Shown piece by piece: positions 26,826-35,581 of a stretch of DNA of 38,767 nucleotides. The notes under the pieces were generated by a model that was not told the origin of the DNA, searched no databases, and worked only from the letters and a program-made list of their open reading frames with translations. Each line of letters opens with the position of its first letter. Within the stretch, counting starts at the first letter, position 1. A program made the position numbers and the translations under genes. The DNA is from a virus (Duplodnaviria; Caudoviricetes): the IMG/VR virus record IMGVR_UViG_3300032312_001354, positions 1 through 38,767 of that record; one strand, given 5' to 3'.

Positions 26826-26983
26826 TCAAAGTCTACCTGAGACTCAAATATATTATCTTGTCCTCTCGCAACCTTTGCTGCAAGGATACGCATACCAACC
26901 GCATTGGTAACTGATTCTTCTATTGGAATAGCCTCAATAGCCTTTGCAATATTTTCTCGTAATATCATGTCATCTATACTCAT
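26822..26983 (-). CDS. 53-aa hypothetical protein
   Basis: MSIDDMILRENIAKAIEAIP...; TATAAT 6 nt upstream; ATGA overlap with the HAD gene. Confidence 0.6.
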   Translation of the reverse strand: MSIDDMILRENIAKAIEAIPIEESVTNAVGMRILAAKVARGQDNIFESQVDFE

Positions 26984-27039
26984 TCTTTAATTATACCTCA
27001 CTGATGAAAGTATGTCAAATATAATGATATAATTGTCCT

Positions 27040-27291
27040 ATGCCAACAACACCACCAAATTATCAAGGACCATATAACAATGGGGGATACTATGGACTTG
27101 GAGCCACAGTACTTACTGATGGTAACCCATACGGAATAGCAGGAGCATACTTTATTAGAACAGGTAACCCAGGTAACCCAGGATATCCACCAGAAGTAGG
27201 CGGAGCGCCAAACGGATCATGGACACTATACACATTTCCTAAAGGAATTGATGGAGCAGGATCAATCGCTGGCTCTGGAAGTATTGCTTAA
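27040..27291 (+). CDS. Gly/Pro/Tyr-rich small protein, possibly CBM5/12-like
   Basis: Y..GATV...G..Y...PGYPP......W pattern; own -10 box 6 nt upstream. Confidence 0.55.
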   Translation: MPTTPPNYQGPYNNGGYYGLGATVLTDGNPYGIAGAYFIRTGNPGNPGYPPEVGGAPNGSWTLYTFPKGIDGAGSIAGSGSIA

Positions 27292-27297
27292 AAAATA

Positions 27298-27870
27298 TTA
27301 ATTTTTATCTATAATAATTTTTTTAGGTAAAATTCTATTGTATTCGTAATAACACAATTCAAGATTGAAACCATCTAAGTTAATTTCTTCATAATATGGT
27401 AAGATCTGACTTGATTTAAAGTACTTCTTGGGATGAAAATTTTCATCAATATCAAAATCAAATTCACTTTTTTTATTTATTTTTAAATGTTCCATTATTT
27501 TATTTATAACTAATTCAGGGTATTCTACTAAATCATTAAAATCTATTACATAGTCTGCATAATCAATAAAAAACTGATAAAGCAATACATAGTCTGAAAG
27601 TGCTTGATTGATTGAGTGCTTATCTACTGGATTACCATATTTTTTTTGAAGTGTTAGCAAAGAAGAAATACTATCTTTTGGATCTCTAATAATAGTAACA
27701 ATTTTTTTTAGTTTGTTTTTATTTCCATCAAAAGCCTGAACAATTGTGTGAGATCTGGAAACTCTTTGACCAGTTTTTTTATAAAACTCTTCTTCAAAAA
27801 AGTGTGAACCACTTCTTGGATATGTTAGCAAGTGTGGTGATGACTCATTAACTTTAATATCTTCTACCAT
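27298..27870 (-). CDS. Sulfotransferase-fold protein (paralog 3)
   Basis: TYPRSGSHFF, IIRDPKDSISS, IDFNDLVEYP. Confidence 0.72.
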   Translation of the reverse strand: MVEDIKVNESSPHLLTYPRSGSHFFEEEFYKKTGQRVSRSHTIVQAFDGNKNKLKKIVTIIRDPKDSISSLLTLQKKYGNPVDKHSINQALSDYVLLYQFFIDYADYVIDFNDLVEYPELVINKIMEHLKINKKSEFDFDIDENFHPKKYFKSSQILPYYEEINLDGFNLELCYYEYNRILPKKIIIDKN

Positions 27871-28110
27871 TAACACACCAAATCTTACCATCGCTCATAG
27901 TCTGATGGGCATCCCAAAACCAATCATTTGTTTTGTCTAAATTGCAAACAGTACAAGAATTATTATTCATTAAATTTAAGCACCAATCGATGGCATGATC
28001 TGATTGCAAGGACAGATAACAGATTCAGGCATTTCGTGTGCCTCAGTCTCAATAGTAATAAGTGTTAAACAGTCTGGACATTTATAAATAGTTTTCATGT
28101 ATTTATTATA

Positions 28111-28926
28111 TCAGTTCTTATTTTGTTCTGTCAACTCTTTTATTACCGCTAAAATACCAGAAATGTCTTTTTGATCTGTTACTATCATAAAATCATTTAT
28201 TCCAAATTGTTCTGATATTTTATTAATTTGATTAACAACATCTTCTTTTGTACCCTTGATTGTGTGATTAGGTGTTAATGTGTACTGGTATTGAACATAC
28301 TCAACGCTACTAGGGTCTTGGCCTTCCTTAAGAATCAAAGGATCTATTATCAGCATTAACTTTGTGTTTGTAATTTTATTTAACACGTGTGGATTTAGCA
28401 TATATTCACCTACTATTATGTAGTCTCCATGTTTGTTTGCTATTCCAATTGTTATATCTGATGAACCTACTACACACAGTGTTGATTCAAAACCAGTTTC
28501 ATGCATTAAATCAACAAACTTATCCATCCAAGGAGCAGTTAGCGCAACTCTTTTATCATGTTCATCTATAAGTGATATGTCCCCTGGGTATGCATCAATA
28601 ACGCTTTGCTCTTTATCCCCTTCAAATTTACCAGCAACAAGATTAAGATCTATTCTGGGACCAGCAAAATTATTAACTGTCTTAAAAGTTTTAGCAGCAA
28701 ACTCTGGCATAACACCATATGCAGGCAAGGCAAGCATCATCTTAATCTTTTTGGTCGCTTTAAGCATTGGGAAAAGGTAAAGTGAAAAATCAATACCTCT
28801 ATAGCCATACGGAAGCAAAACAGAAGTTATATTAGCCTTTTCCATATCCTGAGCCATTTGTACAAGACCCTGCTCATCACCATTGTAAAATCCAAAACGG
28901 TGCATCCAGTGAAAATTGATTGTCAT
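28111..28926 (-). CDS. Luciferase-like (LLM) flavin-dependent monooxygenase, SsuD/SfnG-like
   Basis: AQ.ME....SVLLP, ATKKIKMMLA, P..AAK, RIDLNLVAG, GSS....IA.KHGD, GTKE.V. Confidence 0.7.
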   Translation of the reverse strand: MTINFHWMHRFGFYNGDEQGLVQMAQDMEKANITSVLLPYGYRGIDFSLYLFPMLKATKKIKMMLALPAYGVMPEFAAKTFKTVNNFAGPRIDLNLVAGKFEGDKEQSVIDAYPGDISLIDEHDKRVALTAPWMDKFVDLMHETGFESTLCVVGSSDITIGIANKHGDYIIVGEYMLNPHVLNKITNTKLMLIIDPLILKEGQDPSSVEYVQYQYTLTPNHTIKGTKEDVVNQINKISEQFGINDFMIVTDQKDISGILAVIKELTEQNKN

Positions 28927-28976
28927 AAATACATTATACCTGATTTAAATTTTATTGGCGGGATTAGTAAATACAT

Positions 28977-29477
28977 CTAAACTAGCCTACGAGACAATAG
29001 TAAATAGTAGGCACTATATACATCGTGTAGGTCATGTCCATCTAAATGGTTTTTGTTATACAGGCTTGAAGTCGTGCTTGATACTAAATGTCCTTTATGT
29101 GGTTTGTCAACAATTGTATCTTTATATGGATGATCAATGACTGGTTTGCCAATAACACTAGATATAGCCTGTACAATCTTATCTGGGTTTTTTACCAGGG
29201 TCTCGTAATCAATAACAACATTAGCCCTACTATGTAAATACCTATAAAGATTGGAACATTTTTCTATCTCTGCTTGAGTTCCTACTTCTTGATCATAGTG
29301 TGCAGACATAGTAAGAAATGATTGCAGTGTGTCATACGGGTCCCTGGCTATAGTAAATACAAAGCCTGAAGCCTCATCTTTAAGATGAGATGCAGACATG
29401 TGTATATCTAACTTTTGTGACAATAATTCTCTTAGATAATGTGAACCAGTTCTTGGATATGTAATTAAACTCATCAT
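28977..29477 (-). CDS. Sulfotransferase-fold protein (paralog 4)
   Basis: TYPRTGSHYL, IARDPYDTLQS, IDYETLVKNP. Confidence 0.72.
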   Translation of the reverse strand: MMSLITYPRTGSHYLRELLSQKLDIHMSASHLKDEASGFVFTIARDPYDTLQSFLTMSAHYDQEVGTQAEIEKCSNLYRYLHSRANVVIDYETLVKNPDKIVQAISSVIGKPVIDHPYKDTIVDKPHKGHLVSSTTSSLYNKNHLDGHDLHDVYSAYYLLLSRRLV

Positions 29478-29537
29478 ATTTAAATTATATCATCTATGCT
29501 TTTAAAGTTCGGCGCAAAATAGAGATTGTAAACAACT

Positions 29538-29798
29538 CTACGAGTCTTGCGACTCGCTATCTGTTAATTCTCTCTTCCATGCATCCATATCTACAATATA
29601 ATATGTTCCCCACCATTCGTAAGGCTTATTAAGATATTTCCACATTTTTGCGTGGTATGAATATCTCCAATTGAAGTCACCATCTTCATCCATATAAACA
29701 GCCTTAAGTAAATGGTTAGATGCAAACTCTCCAGAAATGTTGCCTATCCATCGTAATGGTAGGATTCTAGTTTTCTGAATTGTTGTTAAGTTGTTCAT
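29538..29798 (-). CDS. Hypothetical phage protein
   Basis: Aromatic-rich ORF; start set at MNNL. Confidence 0.55.
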   Translation of the reverse strand: MNNLTTIQKTRILPLRWIGNISGEFASNHLLKAVYMDEDGDFNWRYSYHAKMWKYLNKPYEWWGTYYIVDMDAWKRELTDSESQDS

Positions 29799-29902
29799 CT
29801 TTAGGTACCCACACTTTCTTTCCATCTTTCCACACAGGCCAATAGCCAAGGCTACGCCAGTCCATCTGTGCAATCTTAGGTTCCTTTGGCATATTGACTC
29901 CT

Positions 29903-30469
29903 TTAACTACTTATATCTTCTACTGAAATCTTTCTTTTTAAAATCCTATTGTATTCATAATAGCATAATCCAATATTAGATGTTTCAAAGTTAATGTCAT
30001 TATATACTGGTATATTCTTACTTGATGGTGTGTATTTTGGACTAACAAGTTTGTTGAACTCTTCAATAGAAAAATTAGCATCATCTTTTGTTTCTATATT
30101 TAAAAACTTTAAGGTCTTATCGACTACTACATCTGTGTGATTAATTAAATCATTAAAATCTATAATATGATCTGCATAATTAAACAAAAAATCATATATC
30201 ATTGCATAGTTTGATACTTCAAAATTGGTCCTGTTATAGGTAATGGGAATTCCTCTTTGTGCTTGAATAGACAAGGTAGATCTTAATGCCTCTTTTGGAT
30301 CTCTAATTATTGTTATGATCTTCTTATTCTTTATCTTATTTTCATCAACAACATCTGCGATTGAATGAGAGCGGTCGATTCTGTAGCCTATTTTTTGATA
30401 GAGCGCTCCTTCAAAAAAGTGAGAGCCACTCCTATAGTATGTAAGCAGGTGAGGATGCATATGTTTCAT
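29903..30469 (-). CDS. Sulfotransferase-fold protein (paralog 5)
   Basis: TYYRSGSHFF, IIRDPKEALRS, IDFNDL; close relative of 27298..27870; SD ggagg. Confidence 0.7.
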   Translation of the reverse strand: MKHMHPHLLTYYRSGSHFFEGALYQKIGYRIDRSHSIADVVDENKIKNKKIITIIRDPKEALRSTLSIQAQRGIPITYNRTNFEVSNYAMIYDFLFNYADHIIDFNDLINHTDVVVDKTLKFLNIETKDDANFSIEEFNKLVSPKYTPSSKNIPVYNDINFETSNIGLCYYEYNRILKRKISVEDISS

Positions 30470-30678
30470 CAATAACCTCCAGTGCACTCACTTCTTGTAT
30501 GATATAGTCTAATCTTTGTTAATATTTTGCGGGATGGACCAGAAAGATCTTCTTTGCAGGTAAGACACTTAAATGACCATTCTCCAGTAAAGAAGTCATG
30601 GACATAACCCTTAGCATTAGCATATTTTTTGGCTACAAAGGTTTGGAAAGGATCTGGTATTTCCATGTTAACAATCAT
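30469..30678 (-). CDS. Small zinc-finger-like protein
   Basis: CLTC...H...C. Confidence 0.6.
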   Translation of the reverse strand: MIVNMEIPDPFQTFVAKKYANAKGYVHDFFTGEWSFKCLTCKEDLSGPSRKILTKIRLYHTRSECTGGY

Positions 30679-30690
30679 TTTTTTACCATC

Positions 30691-30849
30691 TTAATAAGGT
30701 AGGGCAGCAGCGATGATGCCTGCTCTGATGGCCTGTTGCTTTCTTTCAAACCTTGATGTCTTGTGATATGGATTGGCAGAGATTCTTTTCTTATTTTTGT
30801 GTGCTCTCTTTGCCTTGTGCTGGGATACTTTATTATTAGTTTTTCTCAT
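30691..30849 (-). CDS. Basic hypothetical protein
   Basis: MRKTNNKVSQHKAKR...; TG-A-TACTAT -10-like box just upstream. Confidence 0.5.
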   Translation of the reverse strand: MRKTNNKVSQHKAKRAHKNKKRISANPYHKTSRFERKQQAIRAGIIAAALPY

Positions 30850-30916
30850 AGTACTAATAGTATCATGATTTCCTTTGGATGTCAAGAAAGGACCGTAATC
30901 CCCAGTATAATTAATG

Positions 30917-30988
30917 CTTCAGGTGAAGGAATCGGACCTTCATTATCAGTTTCGGAAACTGCTCTACGGACCATTATAGGAACCTGAA
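30917..30988 (-). tRNA. Divergent tRNA-Arg(CCG)
   Basis: TTCAGGT/ACCTGAA acceptor, CAGT-TTCCGAA-ACTG, GAAGG-TCCGATT-CCTTC; non-canonical T-loop and short D-stem. Confidence 0.65.
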
Positions 30989-31152
30989 CTATTATACTCA
31001 GTATATCATGAATCAGATAGGCAGGTAAGACAGACAAATGGTTCATCATTTGTTTTGATGTATAGTTGATCACATTGATTACAGGCTATTTTGTACCCCA
31101 TAAACTTATTATATGATGAGTCTAACTTATGCATTGAAGTATTATATCAGAG

Positions 31153-31344
31153 TTATACACAGGCTAAGCAGTAGTATGGAGCACGAAGGTTATCCCTATG
31201 GGTGTAGATGGTCTGAGAGCACTTAGCACATCTTGCATGGACCATAGGACCTTCTTCTTTTACTGGTCTTTTGATATCAAAGGTTTTTGTATAGTATACC
31301 TTAGTAGCATACCAGGTGATTAGTATTAATGTTAGTGTTAGCAT
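31153..31344 (-). CDS. Small TM-anchored zinc-ribbon protein
   Basis: Hydrophobic N-terminus, CAKC...CLAC; SD gaggag. Confidence 0.6.
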   Translation of the reverse strand: MLTLTLILITWYATKVYYTKTFDIKRPVKEEGPMVHARCAKCSQTIYTHRDNLRAPYYCLACV

Positions 31345-31532
31345 ATTACTCCTCAAAACTCATTTGTGATGACCAGAAGTCGTTATTGTATGTTTCAATT
31401 TCGTCTACTATGGCATGACAATTAGAGCAAGTTACCTTGCCATCTAAATCAATTTCATAGTAGTGTTTACATTCCATAACTCTATAGTATCACATGAAGG
31501 TTAACAAATCAAGTCAGTGATATACTTGATTT

Positions 31533-32099
31533 ATGGGATATAGTCAAGCAGGCCAAGATCAATTCGTAATAGATATGCTCAAAGGTAAAAATAGCGGGGT
31601 ATATGTAGAAATCGGAGCATACCATTCCACCAGTATAAGTAATACATATATGTTAGAAAAAGATTATGGCTGGACAGGCATATCGTTTGAGATAGTACAG
31701 GAAAGAGTCAATGAGTTTAATCTCAATAGGCTGAATAAATGTTATGCTGTGGATGCTACTGTGTTTGACTATGGCTCACTGTTTGATATGCTTAACCTGC
31801 CTAATCAAATAGATTACCTTCAAGTAGACATTGAGCCTGCTACAAACTCATTGCAAGCGCTCCTTGCTTTGCCCCTGGAAAAATACAGATTCTCAGTGAT
31901 AACATTTGAGCATGATTTATATGCTGATCCAAATAATATTCATATTAAGAATAAGCAGAAAGAGTTGCTAAGTGGTTTGGGATATGAGTTAGTCAGAGAA
32001 AATGTTACATGTAATCATCCTGATTTCCCATTTGAGGATTGGTGGATAGACCCTAAAGTTGTAAGTTATCCACAGCCTGATATGCTAAAAATGTCATAG
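31533..32099 (+). CDS. FkbM-family methyltransferase-like protein
   Basis: YSQAGQD, YVEIGA, SNT..LE...GW.G, IDYLQVDIE, ITFEH, EDWW. Confidence 0.8.
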   Translation: MGYSQAGQDQFVIDMLKGKNSGVYVEIGAYHSTSISNTYMLEKDYGWTGISFEIVQERVNEFNLNRLNKCYAVDATVFDYGSLFDMLNLPNQIDYLQVDIEPATNSLQALLALPLEKYRFSVITFEHDLYADPNNIHIKNKQKELLSGLGYELVRENVTCNHPDFPFEDWWIDPKVVSYPQPDMLKMS

Positions 32100-32119
32100 T
32101 TATCCACATGTTATCCACA
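32066..32119 (+). promoter_or_regulatory. Three perfect DnaA boxes (TTATCCACA)
   Basis: TTATCCACA at 32066, 32100 and 32111. Confidence 0.75.
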
Positions 32120-32156
32120 GATAAATCTTACTGATTATTTAATTAGATAGGGTAGA

Positions 32157-32887
32157 AGTGGAGTAAAGTGGAGAGTAGTGGAGGATGGCGCACTTTTATA
32201 GAAGGCGTTCGTAATGCCGCTACACCAAACCTTCTATCCCCAAACCTTTGTATCGCCAAACCTTGTATACCACATATGTCCATATCTGTCAAACCAGTAT
32301 ATAAGGTTTGGGCATTATACATGCAAAACCATGGTTTGTCAAGTATCTTTTATGCATGAAAATGCCCTAAAAAGTTCAGCGATTTTTTGCGAAAGGATCT
32401 TAATCTTTTTAAAAAACCTTAAAAAAGTTTATAAAGGTTTGGAAAAGTTTAAAAAAGTTCAGCGAATTTTTTAGAGTGGATCGTAATGTATTTACTATAG
32501 AGGTTTGGTATCAGAGTTTGCTTCGTTGTATACCTTGCCTAGTTCCCGCCCAATTTTGGTGGGGTCAAGGGCCTCTATATCTACCGCTGCAAAATCGGCG
32601 GGGATGAAAGAGAAGAACCTATTAACAATAGGAACATGCTTAGTGATAGATACAAAACCATTCCACATATTATCTGTAAATTGGTTATATCCTTTAGGAT
32701 CATTCTTAGCATAGTTAGCAAAGTGTCTAGGGCTCATAGACTTATTATACACCTGATATGAAGGTTTGACAAATAAGGTTTGATATGGTATAACTTCTGG
32801 GAAAAATTTTCAAACCATCGTAATCTATTTCTGGGAAATTTTTGAGAAGGTTCGTAATACCCCTATTTGGTTTGACAAGGTTTGATA
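32157..32887. repeat. Origin-like repeat region (AGTGGAG x3; CAAACCTT/AAGGTTTG repeats; TCGTAAT repeats)
   Basis: AGTGGAG at 32157, 32167, 32177; CAAACCTT at 32226, 32241, 32257; AAGGTTTG copies near 32303, 32434, 32761, 32776, 32877. Confidence 0.65.
32495..32737 (-). CDS. Hypothetical protein
   Basis: MSPRHF...; TATAAT 6 nt upstream of ATG 32737. Confidence 0.55.
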   Translation of the reverse strand: MSPRHFANYAKNDPKGYNQFTDNMWNGFVSITKHVPIVNRFFSFIPADFAAVDIEALDPTKIGRELGKVYNEANSDTKPL

Positions 32888-32942
32888 TATGTGCTATATT
32901 TTCTAGATCACCTAGGGCGCACCCCGAAGGGTGCAGCCTTGG

Positions 32943-33239
32943 CTACTCCGCTTCTCTTTCGGTTTTCTTTAACTCAACCACTGCTAAGAGGTCATCAAGA
33001 TTATCAACATCAAGAACATCGTCCTCTGTTACTTCCATTGCGTCAAGGAACATAGCAAAAGTTTCGTTGATGTATTCCTCTGCCATTGGTAGTGGTGTTA
33101 CAACTCCCGTGGCAATAAACCAAGCAAGTGGCAAGCCAACATCGTTGTAAGAGATGAAAGGTTTTAGATCCTCATCATCTCTGAACTCATACCAAAACTG
33201 TCCTAAAATGCCACATCTGTCTGTAAAGTTTACTTCCAT
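32943..33239 (-). CDS. Acidic hypothetical phage protein
   Basis: 98-aa ORF, YNDVGLPLA motif. Confidence 0.7.
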   Translation of the reverse strand: MEVNFTDRCGILGQFWYEFRDDEDLKPFISYNDVGLPLAWFIATGVVTPLPMAEEYINETFAMFLDAMEVTEDDVLDVDNLDDLLAVVELKKTEREAE

Positions 33240-33472
33240 AGTTCTGTGTAATCCTTTCCTAAGTACCCTGACATCATTTTATCATACTCTTCACCCGCTG
33301 TCAATGCAACGACTTCGAGTCTGCGAGATACAATGACAGGGTGGTTATGTACCAAATGAAAGCCGAGTGCTTCCAAGTTAAGTCCCATGTCCTCAGTTAA
33401 TAACTTAGCCATGCGATTAGAGTACTGTATTTCTTTACTGCTTTCAGGCTTCCTACGAACGCTGTATGCCAT
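33230..33472 (-). CDS. Hypothetical phage protein
   Basis: SD aggag; 80 aa. Confidence 0.7.
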   Translation of the reverse strand: MAYSVRRKPESSKEIQYSNRMAKLLTEDMGLNLEALGFHLVHNHPVIVSRRLEVVALTAGEEYDKMMSGYLGKDYTELWK

Positions 33473-33593
33473 GACTCTCCTCTTTATCTATTATACAGGA
33501 AGGGGAAGGGAGGCGCAACCCCCACAGGCTACGCCGTCCCTATCCTTATTTAGTTAATCAGCAGGTGACCCATACCTGTTGATCTATGCTGCG

Positions 33594-33956
33594 CTAAGCG
33601 CTAACGGTTTTTGGTATATAGGCATTAATAAATAACTGCCAGTCAACCTGTAGGTCCTTGCCTGCCTCATAGACAGTCTCTTTAGCGATATCGATAACGA
33701 CAGTGGTCTCGCCTAATTCAAAGTTGGTGCCTTTGATAGCATAGATACCAAACCCTGTTTCACCAAGTACATCATCCTGAATAAGATAACTAATCATCAT
33801 GCGGGTAAAGTATGCATAGTCTTTCCAGCGTGGCTTAGAGTGCTCCAGGGCCATTGCTAAGTCCCGCTGCCATTCGGTCTCACCCCAGTGGCTATATAGG
33901 ACTACATGTGCTTCATCCTCAACATCTTTAAATACGTAGTTAATACGGGCTCCCAT
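33594..33956 (-). CDS. Hypothetical phage protein
   Basis: MGARINYVF...LYSHWG; TAATG coupling. Confidence 0.75.
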   Translation of the reverse strand: MGARINYVFKDVEDEAHVVLYSHWGETEWQRDLAMALEHSKPRWKDYAYFTRMMISYLIQDDVLGETGFGIYAIKGTNFELGETTVVIDIAKETVYEAGKDLQVDWQLFINAYIPKTVSA

Positions 33957-34333
33957 TAGTTATCCTCATCTGTAATAAACTCAATAACAATACGAGCAAC
34001 ACGACCATCTTCGTCAATGTCTGCATATACAGGATAAACTCCATCTCCATACCCTGTTGAAAAAACAACTGCCGAACCAGCATTGGTTCCTGTTATTCCA
34101 GTATCTTCAATAACTCCAGTGCCTAAGACTCCATAGCCATTTTTGCTTAGAGTAGCATTGGCGGCACCAAGGTATCCAAACTCGCCATTACGGTTTTTGT
34201 GTTCCTCAAATGGGATATCTGAACCGCTATCCCAATGCTTCCATTCATCTAAATAGCATGGGTCGCCAATCATTGCTTGACCGCTATCTACAAAAAATTG
34301 TCCGATAAGTGTTAGGTTATTTGTTTCTGTCAT
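33956..34333 (-). CDS. DUF4241-like protein
   Basis: VDSGQ..IGDPCY and STGYGDGVYPV. Confidence 0.65.
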   Translation of the reverse strand: MTETNNLTLIGQFFVDSGQAMIGDPCYLDEWKHWDSGSDIPFEEHKNRNGEFGYLGAANATLSKNGYGVLGTGVIEDTGITGTNAGSAVVFSTGYGDGVYPVYADIDEDGRVARIVIEFITDEDN

Positions 34334-34695
34334 TCTTGTATTCCTTCGCATTTGTGGGTTTCTTCTTCTTCAATTGTATCACCGCAGAAATCACATGTCA
34401 AGTCTGGCTCTGCTACCATGATTTGAATAATAGTATTATCAGGCACGGGATTCTCACTAATAAAATAACCAATCCTATTAACAAAGCCCCAGCCAGACCA
34501 GATATAGAGACCACCGTCATCGCCTTCGCCATACATCCAGATACGGTTATGTGGCTTAGTCTTAACATACTCTACCTCATCACCATAGGTTTCAAACATC
34601 AAACCATCAAAGGAGGCATTCTCATCATAGTTATTAACCATGAACTTGAATTGCTCATCTGCTTCTTCAAAGGTCATCTCAATTAAATTATCCAT
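34330..34695 (-). CDS. Hypothetical phage protein
   Basis: FETYGDE...G.GFVNRIGYFI; C-terminal CDFC...H.C. Confidence 0.72.
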   Translation of the reverse strand: MDNLIEMTFEEADEQFKFMVNNYDENASFDGLMFETYGDEVEYVKTKPHNRIWMYGEGDDGGLYIWSGWGFVNRIGYFISENPVPDNTIIQIMVAEPDLTCDFCGDTIEEEETHKCEGIQE

Positions 34696-34915
34696 TGGTC
34701 TTTTCCTTATCTGCTATGGCAAATGATAAATCATAAGTTAATTTATAAATGTCTGTTAATGCTTGCATGTAGCCGTCAAGCCACTCTCGCTCATCGTCTT
34801 GGTCACAGCGTTCTAATTTAGTTTCTGCTTCAAGCATACGGTTCTTAAGGTCACCATGAATGATGTCCAGTCCTGATACCCGCATGTCTACGGCAAGTTG
34901 TAGGCGCTCATCCAT
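34688..34915 (-). CDS. Hypothetical phage protein
   Basis: Coupled 75-aa ORF. Confidence 0.68.
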   Translation of the reverse strand: MDERLQLAVDMRVSGLDIIHGDLKNRMLEAETKLERCDQDDEREWLDGYMQALTDIYKLTYDLSFAIADKEKTNG

Positions 34916-35057
34916 TGAGCACCTCTATTAAATGTTTAACAGCATAGATTTGTCCCTCAATGTCTACAACATTCAAAGACATAGGGTTTTGTTCAAGGTC
35001 TTGTTCAAGACTTATAAGATACAGTTTTAGGTATTGCTTAAATGTTTCTATTTCCAT
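34908..35057 (-). CDS. 49-aa hypothetical protein
   Basis: MEIETFKQYLKLYLISLEQDL... fills the gap. Confidence 0.55.
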   Translation of the reverse strand: MEIETFKQYLKLYLISLEQDLEQNPMSLNVVDIEGQIYAVKHLIEVLNG

Positions 35058-35061
35058 AATA

Positions 35062-35268
35062 TTAATTATACGGGTTGCTGTTGATTTTTACAACTTCTGA
35101 CGGTGTGATACTAATCACAGGTGGCATTTGCTCAGGCTCTACCGCAGTGCGTACCACAAAGGTATCAATGCCACAAACACAGCCTGGATCCATAACTGGC
35201 ACGGTATGGCTAATGACCTCAATTAAAGAATCACAATCAGTACAAACATAACTATACTTAGTCCACAT
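35062..35268 (-). CDS. Small zinc-ribbon-like protein
   Basis: YVCTDCD...CVCG. Confidence 0.62.
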   Translation of the reverse strand: MWTKYSYVCTDCDSLIEVISHTVPVMDPGCVCGIDTFVVRTAVEPEQMPPVISITPSEVVKINSNPYN

Positions 35269-35417
35269 TAGTCAAAGTACCCTTCTGCCCATAAGCCCTG
35301 GAGAAATGATTGTGCCATTAGAATACCCTCTTTATCATCAGGGTCAGTTATATACTTATATGCATTATGAACAGCATTGCTCATCTTGTCTAAATCATCA
35401 ATGTCATAGCCTAACAT
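35268..35417 (-). CDS. 49-aa hypothetical protein
   Basis: MLGYDIDDLDKM...FLQGLWAEGYFD; coupled on both sides. Confidence 0.6.
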   Translation of the reverse strand: MLGYDIDDLDKMSNAVHNAYKYITDPDDKEGILMAQSFLQGLWAEGYFD

Positions 35418-35581
35418 CAGTTCTCCTCATCCCACCAGTATTTGACTATTGTATTCAAGGTAGTGTGGATGTTACAATCACAATCCCCACCGTTCATATT
35501 TTCCATGTATTCGAGATGTTGCTCATTATCCATGTACATCTCATTGACTAATTCGTCAATCGTTCTCATTGTTTGGGTCAT
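35417..35581 (-). CDS. 54-aa hypothetical protein
   Basis: MTQTMRTIDELVNE...GGDCDCNIH; TATAAT 6 nt upstream. Confidence 0.6.
   Translation of the reverse strand: MTQTMRTIDELVNEMYMDNEQHLEYMENMNGGDCDCNIHTTLNTIVKYWWDEEN

Noticed and set aside
30763-31073. ORFs 30763..30987 (+) and 30882..31073 (-)
   Set aside because: Overlap the tRNA-Arg(CCG)-like element and have no recognisable protein features
32168-32474. ORFs 32168..32359 and 32214..32474
   Set aside because: Run through the repeat and A-tract region without SD or leaderless signals; more likely non-coding
32157-32887. Possible CRISPR array
   Set aside because: Repeats are only 7-9 nt with short irregular spacing and both orientations; no cas genes
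33497-33583. Two GC-rich hairpins between ORFs 33594 and 33472
   Set aside because: Single occurrence, explainable as a terminator or stabiliser before a downstream promoter; no evidence for a distinct RNA
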